A stretch of 64,000 bases of DNA from Chrysomallon squamiferum (Eukaryota; Animalia; Mollusca), in the NCBI GenBank assembly GCA_012295275.1, contig CM022678.1:16430001-16494000 (forward strand). The letters run 5' to 3'. The stretch's first letter is position 1. Every line of letters begins with the position of its first letter. Below, in pieces: positions 39,150 to 52,834 of this stretch. The notes beneath the pieces are model-generated. The model did not search any database, was not told the DNA's origin, and worked only from the letters and a program-made list of their open reading frames with translations. The translations under genes were made by a program, and so were the position numbers.

Positions 39150-40110
39150 CACTAAACACAAGAAAAAACAGATGTAAGAAAGCCTGAATCAGATTCCTGG
39201 CATTTTTACTTGCAGTACTTCATTTATTTTTAACCTTTTTAATATTTTTTCTTCTGAATTATTGCTATAAAAATATACATTTCAGTTTCCAGGTTTTGAT
39301 GGTTTGCTGAATTACATTTAAAATGAATGAATGTAGAAAAGGGTGAGTGCAGTAAAGAGTGAATATAAGAAATAATGAATATTTAAAAGAGTGTATATAG
39401 AAAAGAATGAAAGCACTAAAGATAGAATGTCGGAGAAAGATTGAATTTACAAGAAATAATGAATGTAAGAAAGAATGATTTTAGGATGAATGAAAAGAAT
39501 AAATATACAAAAGCACTCAAAAAAAGAAAATATATACTAGCAAAAATTAATAATTAGAGAATAAATCAAAGATGAAATAACAGAAACCCTTTTACTAAAT
39601 CATCTGTTGAGCTGTTTTCCATTGCATTCTGAAATGGGTTGTCCATGGGAGAGTACACTGAATATGATCCTTTGATGCTGCTCATTGTAAATTGCTGTAG
39701 ATGGATTTATCCCTTTCATAATATAATTATTTAAGAAAAATAAGACTAATAATGGTTAGTGTTGCAGTGTTATCTGTAATGCATATTCATAGCATCTCAT
39801 CAGTCAGACACAGAGGAATAGTTGGAACAGGAAAAAAATAAGGATTGAGTGGTGGCTCAGTCTTTGGTGATTTGTTATTGCAAGACATTGTATAAAAAAT
39901 ATTTACAAGTAAGAATTGTTAAGTTAATAGAAATATAATTTGATCATTTTAATTCATCCATTAGTTTTTAATTTTTTCTTTCCTTTAGAATGTGAATTTA
40001 TCTGATTTTTCTTCTTTCTTACTGTTTCTGTTTTTTGGTTTTGTTTTTCTATTTATTATTTTACCTTTCTTGGTAAATTTGTGCTTGCATATATCTGTGC
40101 TGGTTGTTTT

Positions 40111-40145
<35 letters not shown>

Positions 40146-41219
40146 TACAGAAACAAAATCTTAATTTAAATATCATAAGAATTGTTAAAAATAAAAGTTA
40201 ATTAAAAAGATAATTTAAATATTCCAAAAAACTATTAAATAATATGATAAAATTTGAATAACATAATTAATTATTAACCAGCCCCCCACCAAAAAAAAAC
40301 AACAAACAACAAAAACAATCAAAGAAAATAGAATAACTATGATAATTTTTAACATTAAACAATGGATTTATTATGTCAATGCAAATATGTGAACTTCATT
40401 AACCTGTAAGATGTGATTTTTATATATTTTTTTTTTTTTTTTTTGCTTTTATCAGCATTATTTTATTATATATATATAAATTTTTTTTCATGACTGTCTT
40501 GCTGAGTGCAGTTTTTGATAATATAAAAAAAAAACCCAAAACATCCTGAATCTTTCATTATCTTCAACAAGTTACCATAATCCAATGGTGACTGTCATAC
40601 AGATAGATATCTAGCTAGATGGATATGGTTAGGTAGTTAGAATAGGTAGGTAGGTAGGTTGTTTGGTTGGTTGGACATTGTTATATTTGTTGGTAGATTT
40701 CAGGATAGCAGATATACAGACAGACAGACAGACAGACAGACAGTTAAACAGATTAAATATATACTGATAGATAACATATACATATACACACACATACACA
40801 CACATAGTAACTTACAAAACATAAAACATAACCACAATTAATTTACCTACCCACACATAGAGTAACACACATAACATAAAACATTTACATTTATCTATAC
40901 CTGCCTACCTACCTACCTATGTATGTACATACATAAAATAAGTAAAACAAACTTGTATTGACTGATGTTTTATACTTGGTAAGAACTGCTGCAGCTGTTG
41001 TTGATATCTGACTTGCGACGTTGTCCACGTGCAAGGTCATCATATTGATTGATAGAGTAACACAGTTGAAAAGTGTCTGATTAAAAACAAGTTGCTGAAT
41101 TTAGTCTGAAATATCATGTTTAAAACATCACTTGTGTTATTTTATGACCATTTTATTGTTACTTTTCATTTTGAATTAAAATGATACTGCTTTGCAAAAT
41201 AGTTATAATGTCATAAATT

Positions 41220-41253
<34 letters not shown>

Positions 41254-41473
41254 TTAATTGTATTAGTGTATTTTTGTATAAATTTTACTTTTTTGAATTA
41301 CAAAGAAAAAGCAGCAATGACCTGAGGTTAATAAAAAAAAATAAAAAAAAAATAAAAAAAAATTCATTAGTATTTATTTAATTTTTTTTTATTTAAAGAA
41401 CAATGACTATATTTGAGAATTTGTTTTCTTTATTTTTAACTTACTAAAATTACTATTATTATTATTTTTATTA

Positions 41474-41506
<33 letters not shown>

Positions 41507-43549
41507 TGTTATTAATATTATTATTATTGTTATTATTATTATTAGTGTTGTTATTTGTTATTATTACTATTACATTAAAAAAAGGAACAACAAAAACAGT
41601 TAGAAAACAATCCAACTAATCATAAATATAATTTTGCCGTAAAAATGACTTTCATATAAATTTGTATTAAACTGCATCTCAACCTGTGACACTATACTTG
41701 TAGACATAAAATTAGTACGAATACACCATGAAAATCTATTTAACAGTCACCTTCTTTATCTCTGCTGCTTGTATATACATACATACATACAAGCTGTATC
41801 AGCTGATGTTTATCAATAAATAAAATAAGCAAGTGTCCTTCGAAGTGACATCGTTTAAACCTGTTACTTGGTATGGATTGAACTGCCATTATTTTTTTTT
41901 CTGTGTTCAAAGACCTCTTGTGTACAATGAGCACATTTACGAGTTTCTTGAATCACGAGTTTCTGTCATGATAGTTTCAGGCTCAGTTTTTAGTCACCAT
42001 GTTGTTGTTGTTGTTGTTGTTGTTTTAGTTATTGTTCTTGTTATTATTATTATGGTTATTATTGCTATTGTTTTATTTATTATTATTATGATTAATATTA
42101 TTGTGGTTTCAATTATTATTATTATTATTATTAATATTATTATTATTATTATGTTCAATGATATTATTTATTACACATTAATTATTTATTTAGTTAGTTA
42201 TTTCTTCTGTTTATTATTGCTGTTTATTTATCAAATCTAAGGTTGGCACATGAGGTAAAAGAAATATGTAAAAAATATGTAAAATATTAAACAACAACAT
42301 TTTAGGAAATTTTAAATTATGGATCTGTATATTTTCATCTTTAACTTTCTACATTTCTTTTTTTTTCTTTTTTTCTTTTTTCACCAAAGCAAAAACGAAA
42401 GTAATATATTTTAATTAATTCCACAAATTTTAATTTTTTTAATGTTTTAATTTTATTATTTTCATAATAGCTATAAATATGAAAAATCAATTTTTCCCTG
42501 CTTTGAACTCATAATTTATGTAGCATGTTGTTTTGGGATTATGCATGTTGTTTGCACATTCATTGCTGTTTCTGGGAAGGTATGGGAAACAAATTCCTTT
42601 CTGCTAATTGACTAATGCATGGACTTGGATCAGACCCTCAGGCTTTTTATTCTCATAACTTCATGATGTAAAATAAATAACAATAATGTTTTTATTTTTC
42701 TATATATCCTTTGTTAAAAGATAAATAAATAATAAAAAAAAAAATAAATAAAAAATAAAATAAATAAAGAAGGAGAAATTTTAAATGCAATGTTAAATAA
42801 AACAAGATGAAGCTATGTGAAAGTAAATGGAATAATAAGAATAGAAAAAAAAATAAAATAATAAAGCTGTATAAAATAAAATAAAATAAATAAATAACTA
42901 AATAAATAAGTGAATAAAATCCTCAAAAACAAACAAGAATGAAATAATGTTAAAAAAAAAAAAGAAGAAAAAAGTGTCAAAAAATATCTCACAAACATCC
43001 AGCAAAAAAACACATCTTCAATAATAGAATAAATTACCAAAATGACTGTCCTGTCCTGAAAACCCTCTGCAAACAATAATAAGTAAAACAAAACAAAAAC
43101 TAAAAGCAAAAATGAATTGTAGCTATGTATGTCTAGCAGCAAACACACACTTTGCAATTTCTTTTGTCTGGTTTCAACGATCTCAACATTCTCACATTCG
43201 TTTCTTCCAGTGTTTTGCAGCAGATTGCCTCTCTGTGTCACCTTATTAAGAACACCTAACAACCTTTTTACTCCATAAACAGCTAAATTGCTGCAATTTC
43301 CTGCGACTTCATTTACACAGTACCTAAAACCTAGATGCAAAGTAATCGTGTAATGGTGCCTAATAAAATAATGGATAAACTCTGTAAAAGATTTGAAACT
43401 GCCCGACAGCTGAAGGGGAAAATAAATCAACAACCATGCTGTTAAATAATTAATTAATGTTTGTAAAAGGCCATTTTCCAAATCTAGCCAAGGCTCCAGA
43501 TTTTGTTTGTACATTTGTATAGTTTCTGTTCTTAGTGAAGGTTTGTGTG

Positions 43550-43595
<46 letters not shown>

Positions 43596-46290
43596 ACAAA
43601 TTGGTTTTACATCATTATGTAAATTCCTTTTTGATAATCATTATTAATACATTAAAAAGTAGTTGCAAGATTTTTTTTCACATTCCTTTATAGGTGATTC
43701 TTTCAGTGTAATTCTTTATGGTAATTCACAACATATGGTTTTATTACACAATACTTTCAGTTTTATGTCTGCAACCTTAATGTTATTATTATTAAAATTA
43801 TTATTATTATTATTAAAATTATTATTATTATTATTATTATTATGCTTTATTATTACTGCTTCTTGTACCTGAACTACTACTACTACTTTTTCTGTTACTG
43901 ATACTACTACTACTACTACTACTACTACTACCCCTACTATGGCTACCATAACATTATTATTATATTTTCATCACCATCTATTTCTATTATTTTTTGTTGC
44001 CATCATTACCAAGACTTAATTAAATAAAACACAAGCAACTAATAATTTTGTTAAACCAAATTTTGTCAGATTTTATTATTATTATTATTATTATTATTTA
44101 TCCAAATTTTGTTTGGTGTTTCTTTTTTCTTAGTTTTTCTTTTTTTCTTTTTATCTAATTTCACCTTTGGGTTATGGATTCAGTAACTAAAAATATTTGA
44201 ATTTGTGCCAAGATAAATAACCAAATTATTTGCTCTCCTATTGATTTTTCTGATAAATGCTATTGTATTACCAGTTTTATAGCCTTCCAAGTGCAGAAAT
44301 GTTTTTTTATTATTATAATTATTATTATTATTGTTTTATTTTTTAACTAGCATCTCCTACATGTTCAGTGTTTTAAGTACTCTTAATGAGCTGAATAATT
44401 CTTTACACTTTCAGATTATTTTTTTGGTAACAGATGAATATGCCAAATTAATTATTTATACTTACAAATTATTATTTTGTTCATTTTTTTTTTTTTTTTT
44501 TTTTTTTTTCTGTTTGTAGGAGAGGAAGAGGAGAGACATGCATGAAATAGAATAATGATACAAATAATACAAATATAATCTACTAATCTTATAAATTTTA
44601 TCTTTGTTTCTGTTTATTTCCTTTTTTCTTTATGCAAAATTAACTGCTTGGTTTTTAAGCATTTGTACAGTAACATTATAGTTATCAGTTAAAAAGAAAA
44701 ACAATTCTCTCTTTAATTGTTTTATTATTTTAGATCAGAAATGTATGTAGTCATGAAAACATTTCTTCCTTTTCGTTATCTCTCAGAGCTCTGTATAAAC
44801 TTCAAAATGGTCGGAGAGTTCTTAACCGTTCCTTCCTTCCTTCCTTCCTTTCTTCTTTCCTTCTCTCTGCATAGTTCTTGGGAACCCAGTGTACGAAGGA
44901 TTTTAAAAATGCATTGACTGTAATGCATTACGATATATAAAACACGCTTTCCTTCATTAATCAGTATATCGGTGGACTGAAACTATATTGTTGATGTCAT
45001 ATTTACATAATAGTGCATCATGATCAGACTCACTGTCTCATAATTATGGATTGTAATAGTATTAATAGTTTTAAAAAGTGTTGAATGCACGCATCAGTGT
45101 ATAAAACAGATTTTTCCCTCTTTTTCTTATCTGTAAGGACTCTAGCTAAAAGTCATAAGGTATAATAGGTTAAAAGTATATTACAATTGTAATTATATAC
45201 AACATATTCCTTCATTTTTCCATTATCTCTTTGGATATATATATATAAATCCAGAGAGATAAGGGCTTAAAAATGTACTGAATATATTAAATAAAACAAT
45301 GTATTTATATTTTATTTGCTATTCACAGTGTACATAGCCCTTTTAGGCAGAATTTTCTCTCTAGATTTTTATTTGTATTTTCTAATCACAGTATAGATAG
45401 AATCTCTCTAGATCTGTATTTTAATTTTAATTTTAATTTTCTGTTCAGTGTACATAGCATCTTTGAAAGAATTTTCTCTCTAGATGTGTATTTTAATTTT
45501 AATTTTAATTTTCTGTTCAGTGTACATAGCATCTTTGACAGAATTTTCTCTCTAGATGTGTATTTTAATTTTAATTTTCTGTTCAGTGTACATAGCATCT
45601 TTGACAGAATTTTCTCTCTAGATGTGTATTTTAATTTTAATTTTAATTTCCTGTTCAGTGTACATAGCATCTTTGACAGAATTTTCTCTCTAGATGTGTA
45701 TTTTAATTTTAATTTTCTGTTCAGTGTACATAGCATCTTTGAAAGAATTTTCTCTCTAGATGTGTATTTTAATTTTATTTTCTATTCATAGCCTCTTTGG
45801 CAGAATTTTCTCTCTAGATCTATATTTCATTTTATTTTCTGTTCACAGAATACACTCAGTCTCTGCTGGGAATCGAACCCAGGACCTGTGAATACGGCAT
45901 CCTCAGTGACTGTCGACTAAATGAGGAGTGTTTTGTGAGACCTGACTCCAAGTCCAGGATGGGCATTTGTTTGTGTAAGGATGGATTCCACGCAGACAGC
46001 AACGGTGGCTGCATCGTCAATGCAAACACAACCACTGCATCAACTACATCAAGTAGGTGTTGTGTATATTCAGTTCAAAAAACAACAACTAACTAAATAA
46101 AAATATGCTAATTTATTGCATATCGTTTACTATTTCAGTTTGCTATTTTGTTATTTCTGCCTCTCTTAAGTAAATATATATGCATCCTCCATGTGCAAGC
46201 ATGCACATGCATATTCACACACATCATATACATAATGCAGAGAGCTGTACATATGCAAAAACAGGTATGAATACAAATATAACTGTAAAA

Positions 46291-46340
<50 letters not shown>

Positions 46341-46584
46341 CATAAACATATTCATGTACAGTCACACATACACACACATAAATGCATACCTACTCAAACA
46401 TACACACATAAACAACCATACATATAAAAACACACACACACACACACACGCGTGTAACAGACGTATATCCACACATACAAATATAAACACATATACTCAT
46501 GTACACTTGTATACACATATTCATAAACATACATATTTACTAACACGTACGCATATAAACACACATACATATACCCACAAACAC

Positions 46585-46621
<37 letters not shown>

Positions 46622-47279
46622 CTATATAAAACAGACCACATATATGCATGGATTATATACATACATAACATAGACACTCACTGAAATAAAGTATGAAATA
46701 AAGCCTCAGCTGAAAAATCTATATTTCACCTACATTGTGCAATGTGGCCATATGAATAAATGATGTGATGGTAATAAAATCACATTGTTACAAAACATTT
46801 AAATGTTGTGATTTTTACCCATTTTTAACCCAGTCTTTCCATCTGTACAAACAGCAATGTCAGAACTACAGAAAGAAGCATGGTTCTACGCAGATATTAT
46901 TTTTAAACTATACTCTCGTCATTTTTTTTGATTGGATGACAAAAATCGCAAATAACAGTCATCCCAGAAACTTTGAATTGTGCAAAAATTATTTAGACCG
47001 TTTCAATATCAGACCACAAGTACACTTCAGTGCATTTATTTTTAATCTATAAATGGATTCCACATGTAAAACTGAATACTGTTCTCATGTATCTTGATAC
47101 ATTTTTAAAGTGGAAAAGTATCGATAATGGATATCCTACCTGTATTGTTATTTCTTTCATTTAGCTCTATGTCTGTCATGTCTCTCTGTCTCTCTAATCT
47201 ATGAAACTGTCTTGTATTTTATTTATTTATTGTGGCTTTTACAGTAAATTACACACCTGTAATTAATCTGATTTCTAAA

Positions 47280-47317
<38 letters not shown>

Positions 47318-47356
47318 ATTATTTTTAATGGTTTACTGCAGCAAATATATTAATTT

Positions 47357-47414
<58 letters not shown>

Positions 47415-50400
47415 CCATCTATCTATCTATCCACACACACAAACACTGGTAAAGCTATCAATTTTTAATTCCCATTTCTCATACTTTTGTAAAGCAAGTT
47501 GTCACAGTTATTGTAATAAAACATGTTGTCTGATGTGAATTTGATTCAATGTCACACACTGTTTATTTCATGGCTTTCTCTCTATGTAAAGATTTATACA
47601 ATAATAACATTACAACATCTGGTAAATCCAATTTTCCACTGTGGTAAAGTGGACAGTTTTAACCGACATCATGCCATGAACTGCCCTTGTAACACAGTGG
47701 GTGTGAAAGTGTGTAAAAATAATGTGTGCAAGCAGAGTTGTATGTTCCATTCCAAACAGCAACTCTTGTAAAATAATGTGTGCAAGCAGACATAGTTGTA
47801 TATTTCATTCCAAACAGCAGCTCTTGTAAAATAATGTATGCAAGCAGACATAGTTGTGTATTCCATTCCAAACTGCAGCTCTTGTAAAATAATGTTTGCA
47901 AACAGACATAGTTGTGTATTCCATTCCAAACTGCAGCTCTTGTAATATAATGTGTGCAAGCAGAGATTTATGTTCTATTCCAAACAGCAGCTCTTGTAAA
48001 ATAATGTATGCAAACAGACATAGTTGTGTATTCCATTCCAAACTGCAGCTCTTGTAAAAATTATTTCTATTCCAAACAGCAGCTCTTGTAAGCAGACATA
48101 GTTGTATATTCCATTCCAAACAGCAACTCTTGTAAAATAATGTGTGCAAGCAGATATATTTGTATATTCCATTCCAAACAGCAGATATATTTGTATATTC
48201 CATTCCAAACAGCAGCTCTGCATCTCTTATAGGTTTTTGTTTTTTTATTGTTCTCTTGTTATTTATTATTGATCTGGAATGTTAATCATTACTGAATGAC
48301 AGAGCTTCATTGTAATTTTCCACTGATTCCAGTTTGACTACTTTCAATTCCAACCATTTCTCCAAATTCAGAATTAAACATATTTTTACCTCTCTCATAT
48401 TTTATTTTAGTTTTATTTTATTGGTTGTTAGCTATAGTATATATTATTAGCATTACTTGTTCCATGTTAGGGTTATGCTGCAATAGCAGCTAGAACAATA
48501 ACAAAAACTACAATACAACCACCACCATCACCACAACAACAACAACACGAACTATGACATCAGAGAAAGCAAACTTATTGATATATAAAATAATAATAAT
48601 ATAAAAAAAAAAAAAAAAAAAAATTGTTTTTTAAAATAAAAAATTATAACAAATAATCAAATAAAAATCCACAAAGACAGCAAGCAGAGGATTATACACA
48701 ATATTTACATAACTTCTTCAAGCTTATTAGATTTGATCCCATTTCCTCCAGCACCTACATCAGATCATCCAGCCAGTTAATGAAACACCCATACACGTCC
48801 TGTCACATTCAAATAACTAGATAATGAGATAATGACTGAGGCATGCCACAGGACCTATCAATAAAGGCAATAAACTGAAGATTAATCGGGTAACATGGGT
48901 CAAAGTTCATGGAAAACACCAGCCCTCATCCGATTACTACCAAAGTAAACAAACTTTGGGTATGATTAATACTTGAATATGTGATGTCTAGCAATTCTGT
49001 ATAATTATAGACTTTGTTTTGCAAGAGGTGTTATGTATTTTCGGTGTTACTGTATTATAAACATACCAACAGATACATGGATGTAAGCACTGTACCAGTT
49101 TAGAGACACAAAGTTTTTTGTTTTGTTTTTTCTTTTCGAGTATACCTTTGTTAATGGTATCACAGACATAATTTTGACTTGTATTATACCTTTAGTTATA
49201 CCTATATCAGAATTTTGACATCCTCTATACCTATAGCAGTAATAATTTTGACTTCCATTATACCTTTAGTGACAGCTATAGCAGTAATAATTTTGACTTC
49301 CACTATACCTTTAGTGACAGATATAGCAGTCATAATTTTGACTTGTATTATACCTTTAGTGACAGCTATAGCAGTAATAATTTTGACTTCCACTATACCT
49401 TTAGTGGCAGCTATAGCAGTAATAATTTTGACTTCCACTATACCTTTAGTGACAGATACAGCAGTCATAATTTTGACTTGTATTATACCTTTAGTGACAG
49501 CTATAGCAGTAATAATTTTGACTTCCACTATACCTTTAGTGACAGCTATAGTATCACAAATCTTTTAGTGATAATAGCTATTGTGATAAAGTTGAGTAAT
49601 AACAAAATATCCAGTTTGGTGTTTGGTGTTTCATAGTCGAAATTTTTACATTATAATTTGGTATCCTATAATCTCAGTCAGGTTTAGAAATATCCCATTT
49701 AATGGGTGATGCCCACATCAACAGAAAAGAGTGTTCTGTTAGTAAAACTGATCTTGAAGTCAGGACAGAAAGATAAAATAACAGAAGAGTTCTGTTAGTA
49801 TAACTGATCTTGAAGTGAGAACAGAAATATTAAATAACAGAAGAGTTCTGTTAGTAAAACTGATCTTGAAGTCAGGACAGAAACATTAAATAACAGAAGA
49901 GAGTTCTGTTAGTAAAACTGATCTTGAAGTCAGGACAGAAAGATAAAATAACAGGAGAGAGTTCTGTTAGTAAAACTGATCTTGAAGTCAGGACAGAAAG
50001 ATAAAATAATAGGAGAGAGTTCTGTTAGTAAAACTGATCTTGAAGTGAGAACAGAAACATTAAATAACAGAAGAGTTCTGTTAGTAAAACTGATCTTGAA
50101 GTCAGGACAGAAAGATAAAATAATAGGAGAGAGTTCTGTTAGTAAAACTGTTCTTGAAGTCAGGACAGAAACATTAAATAACAGGAGAGAGTTCTGTTAG
50201 TAAAACTGATCTTGAAGTCAGGACAGAAAGATAAAATAATAGGAGAGAGTTCTGTTAGTATAACTGATCTTGAAGTCAGGACAGAAAGATAAAATAACAG
50301 GAGAGAGTTCTGTTAGTATAACTGATCTTGAAGTCAGGACAGAAACATTAAATAACAGAGAGAGTTTAAAACTGTTAGAAACATTAAATAACAGGAGAGA

Positions 50401-52794
50401 GTTCTGTTAGTAAAACTGATCTTGAAGTCAGGACAGCAAACAGAGAGAGTTCTGTTAGTAAAACTGATCTTGAAGTCGGGACAGAAAGAAAAATAACAGG
50501 AGAGAGTTCTGTCAGTAAAACTGATCTTGAAGTCAGGACAGAATAATTAAATAACAGGAGAGTGTTCTGTCAGTAAAACTGATCTTGAAGTCAGGACAGA
50601 AAGATTAAATAACAGGAGAGTGTTCTGTCAGTAAAACTGATCTTGAAGTTAGGGCAGAAACATTAAATAACAGGAGAGTGTTCTGTCAGTAAAACTGATC
50701 TTGAAGTTAGGGCAGAAACATTAAATAACAGGAGAGTGTTCTGTCAGTAAAACTGATCTTGAAGTTAGGGCAGAAACATTAAATAACAGGAGAGTGTTCT
50801 GTTAGTAAAACTGATCTTGAAGTGAGAACAGAAACATTAAATAACAGGAGAGTTCTGTTAGTAAAACTGATCTTGAAGTCAGCACAGAAAGATTAAATAA
50901 CAGGAGAGTGTTCTGTCAGTAAAACTGATCTTGAAGTTAGGGCAGAAACATTAAATAACAGGAGAGTGTTCTGTTAGTAAAAAGAAATTATTATTAAATG
51001 GACCTGATTCATATTCAGTCCCCAGGGATTGCTGATTATCGTGTTTGTTTGCTGAATGTAAAACAAGCTGATGGATGTATGGATGTATGGATTGGAAAAG
51101 AAGTAGAGCAAATCCATGTAAACATCCAAGAGCTGATGAGGTAATTATTATTTCTGAAAGACTTTGTCACATGGAACCTGAATGGGATTCGGCTTAGAAA
51201 AGAGTGGACAAATCTGATAACCACGTATCATATTTTCATTTTATCTGTTATTGTAATACCACAGACATCTGGTTCTTGTACAGATGTGAGCTGAGTGAGC
51301 AAACAAAAACAGCCAGACAAAAAGATAATTTCACCCATTGAGCATCAAAGCATTTTGTGTTTTGTTTTATGTAATTGTAATCTAATATGCGATGCATCTT
51401 TTTTCTAACAGAGCTTTGTTGTTTACTAAACATTTTTTTTTTTTAAAACCGATAATTTTGTTACTTATCTAATATTAATGGCATACAAATTTTATTATCA
51501 AAAATAATTTTGTCTCTCCCCTCTTTCATTTATTTATTTATTTATTTATTTTATTTTATTTAATTTAATTTTATTTTATTTTATTTTATTTTATTTTATT
51601 TTTATTTTATTTTATTTTATTTTATTTTATTATTATTATTTTTTTTTTTCTGTTTTTGCTGATAGAACTAATTTTGCAATGTAGAGGTTGTTATATAGTA
51701 TGTTAAACACAGTTTATAGTTATATCTCTTTTCCCAATCCAACATAGGCTCCTTTTAAAAAATAAAGTCTTTGATCTTTTGACTTCAATCTGTGGGAAGA
51801 CGCATATTAAAAAAATGAATCATATTCATGGCATCAACTGGATTTTTCTGTTTCATTTTATATACAATCCTTATTATTTCTCCATTTATTTTAAACTGTA
51901 GTAACTACAGATTAAAAAACTATTAATTTATTAAATAAAACATCTGGCTTTTTGTTTTCTTATTAAATAAATACACAACAGACTTAAGCATCAATTGTTG
52001 TTTTCCATAAAAAAAAAAAAAATATTTTTTTTTTACTTATATTGAATCATTTGTTTTGTGAATATTTTCTAACCATTAGTAACAAACAGTTTAAAAATGC
52101 TGTTAAATTATTATATAAAACCTTTTTTTTTTTTTTCTTGCTAATAAATAAACACACCTCACCTGCTGTTCAAAAATTACCTGTAAAAAATCTGACAAAT
52201 TTGTGTATTGAAAAGAGTAAACTGTGTGACACCTGGTGAGAGTTCACCATAGGTACACTCATAGGTTCATCGCAAATTAAATATTTATATACTGGATCAA
52301 CATTTTTTTGTGTGTGTTGTGTGTGTGAATGTGCGTGTGTGTTGTGTGTGTGTGTGTGTGTTTGCAAATTAAATACAAAGCTTTCTTATCATTTGTGTGT
52401 GTAGCTTTGTGTAAGTGTGGGTAGTGTGTGTGTGTGTGTGTGTGTTAATATGAAGGTTTTTTTGTATCATTTGTATTTGTAATTGTGTGTGCAAATGTGT
52501 TAATATTTATACTGGATGAAGATTTTTAAATAGTGTGTGTGTGTGTGTGTGTATGTGTGTATTTTAAATATAGTGAATGAAGCTTTTTTTAAATATGTTT
52601 TGTGTGCTTGACTGAATATATGTACATTGTGCGTATGTGTGTGTGTGTATGTCTATATAATAGGTGCTTGTGTGTATATGTTTGTGTTTATGTGTGCATA
52701 TATACATACACATTTGTATCTATATACTTATTTTTATTGTATGTATGTTCCTGTGTATATATATCTATATGGTATATGTACGTTTACATATGTT

Positions 52795-52834
<40 letters not shown>

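Noticed and set aside
42813-43514. 233-aa minus-strand ORF
   Set aside because: C-terminal half is A/T-run low complexity, no recognisable domain, antisense within an intron.
45862-45890. GGGAATCGAACCCAGGACC resembles the reverse complement of a tRNA T-arm / SINE B-box
   Set aside because: Lies inside an open, phase-consistent coding exon (GIEPRT) with no rest of a cloverleaf or A-box.
48730-49010. Higher-complexity patch, possible SINE/MITE relic (similar patches at 32400-32560 and 41680-41960)
   Set aside because: No second copy, TIR or TSD verifiable inside the window.
49179-49636. Hydrophobic repeat ORFs in three frames
   Set aside because: Consequence of a 45-bp (15-codon) tandem unit; no splice signals or start context.
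49720-50985. Regular repeat arrays as CRISPR-like
   Set aside because: No unique spacers, no cas genes, eukaryotic intron context; plain minisatellites (also 10184, 45320, 47715, 49170, 54915).
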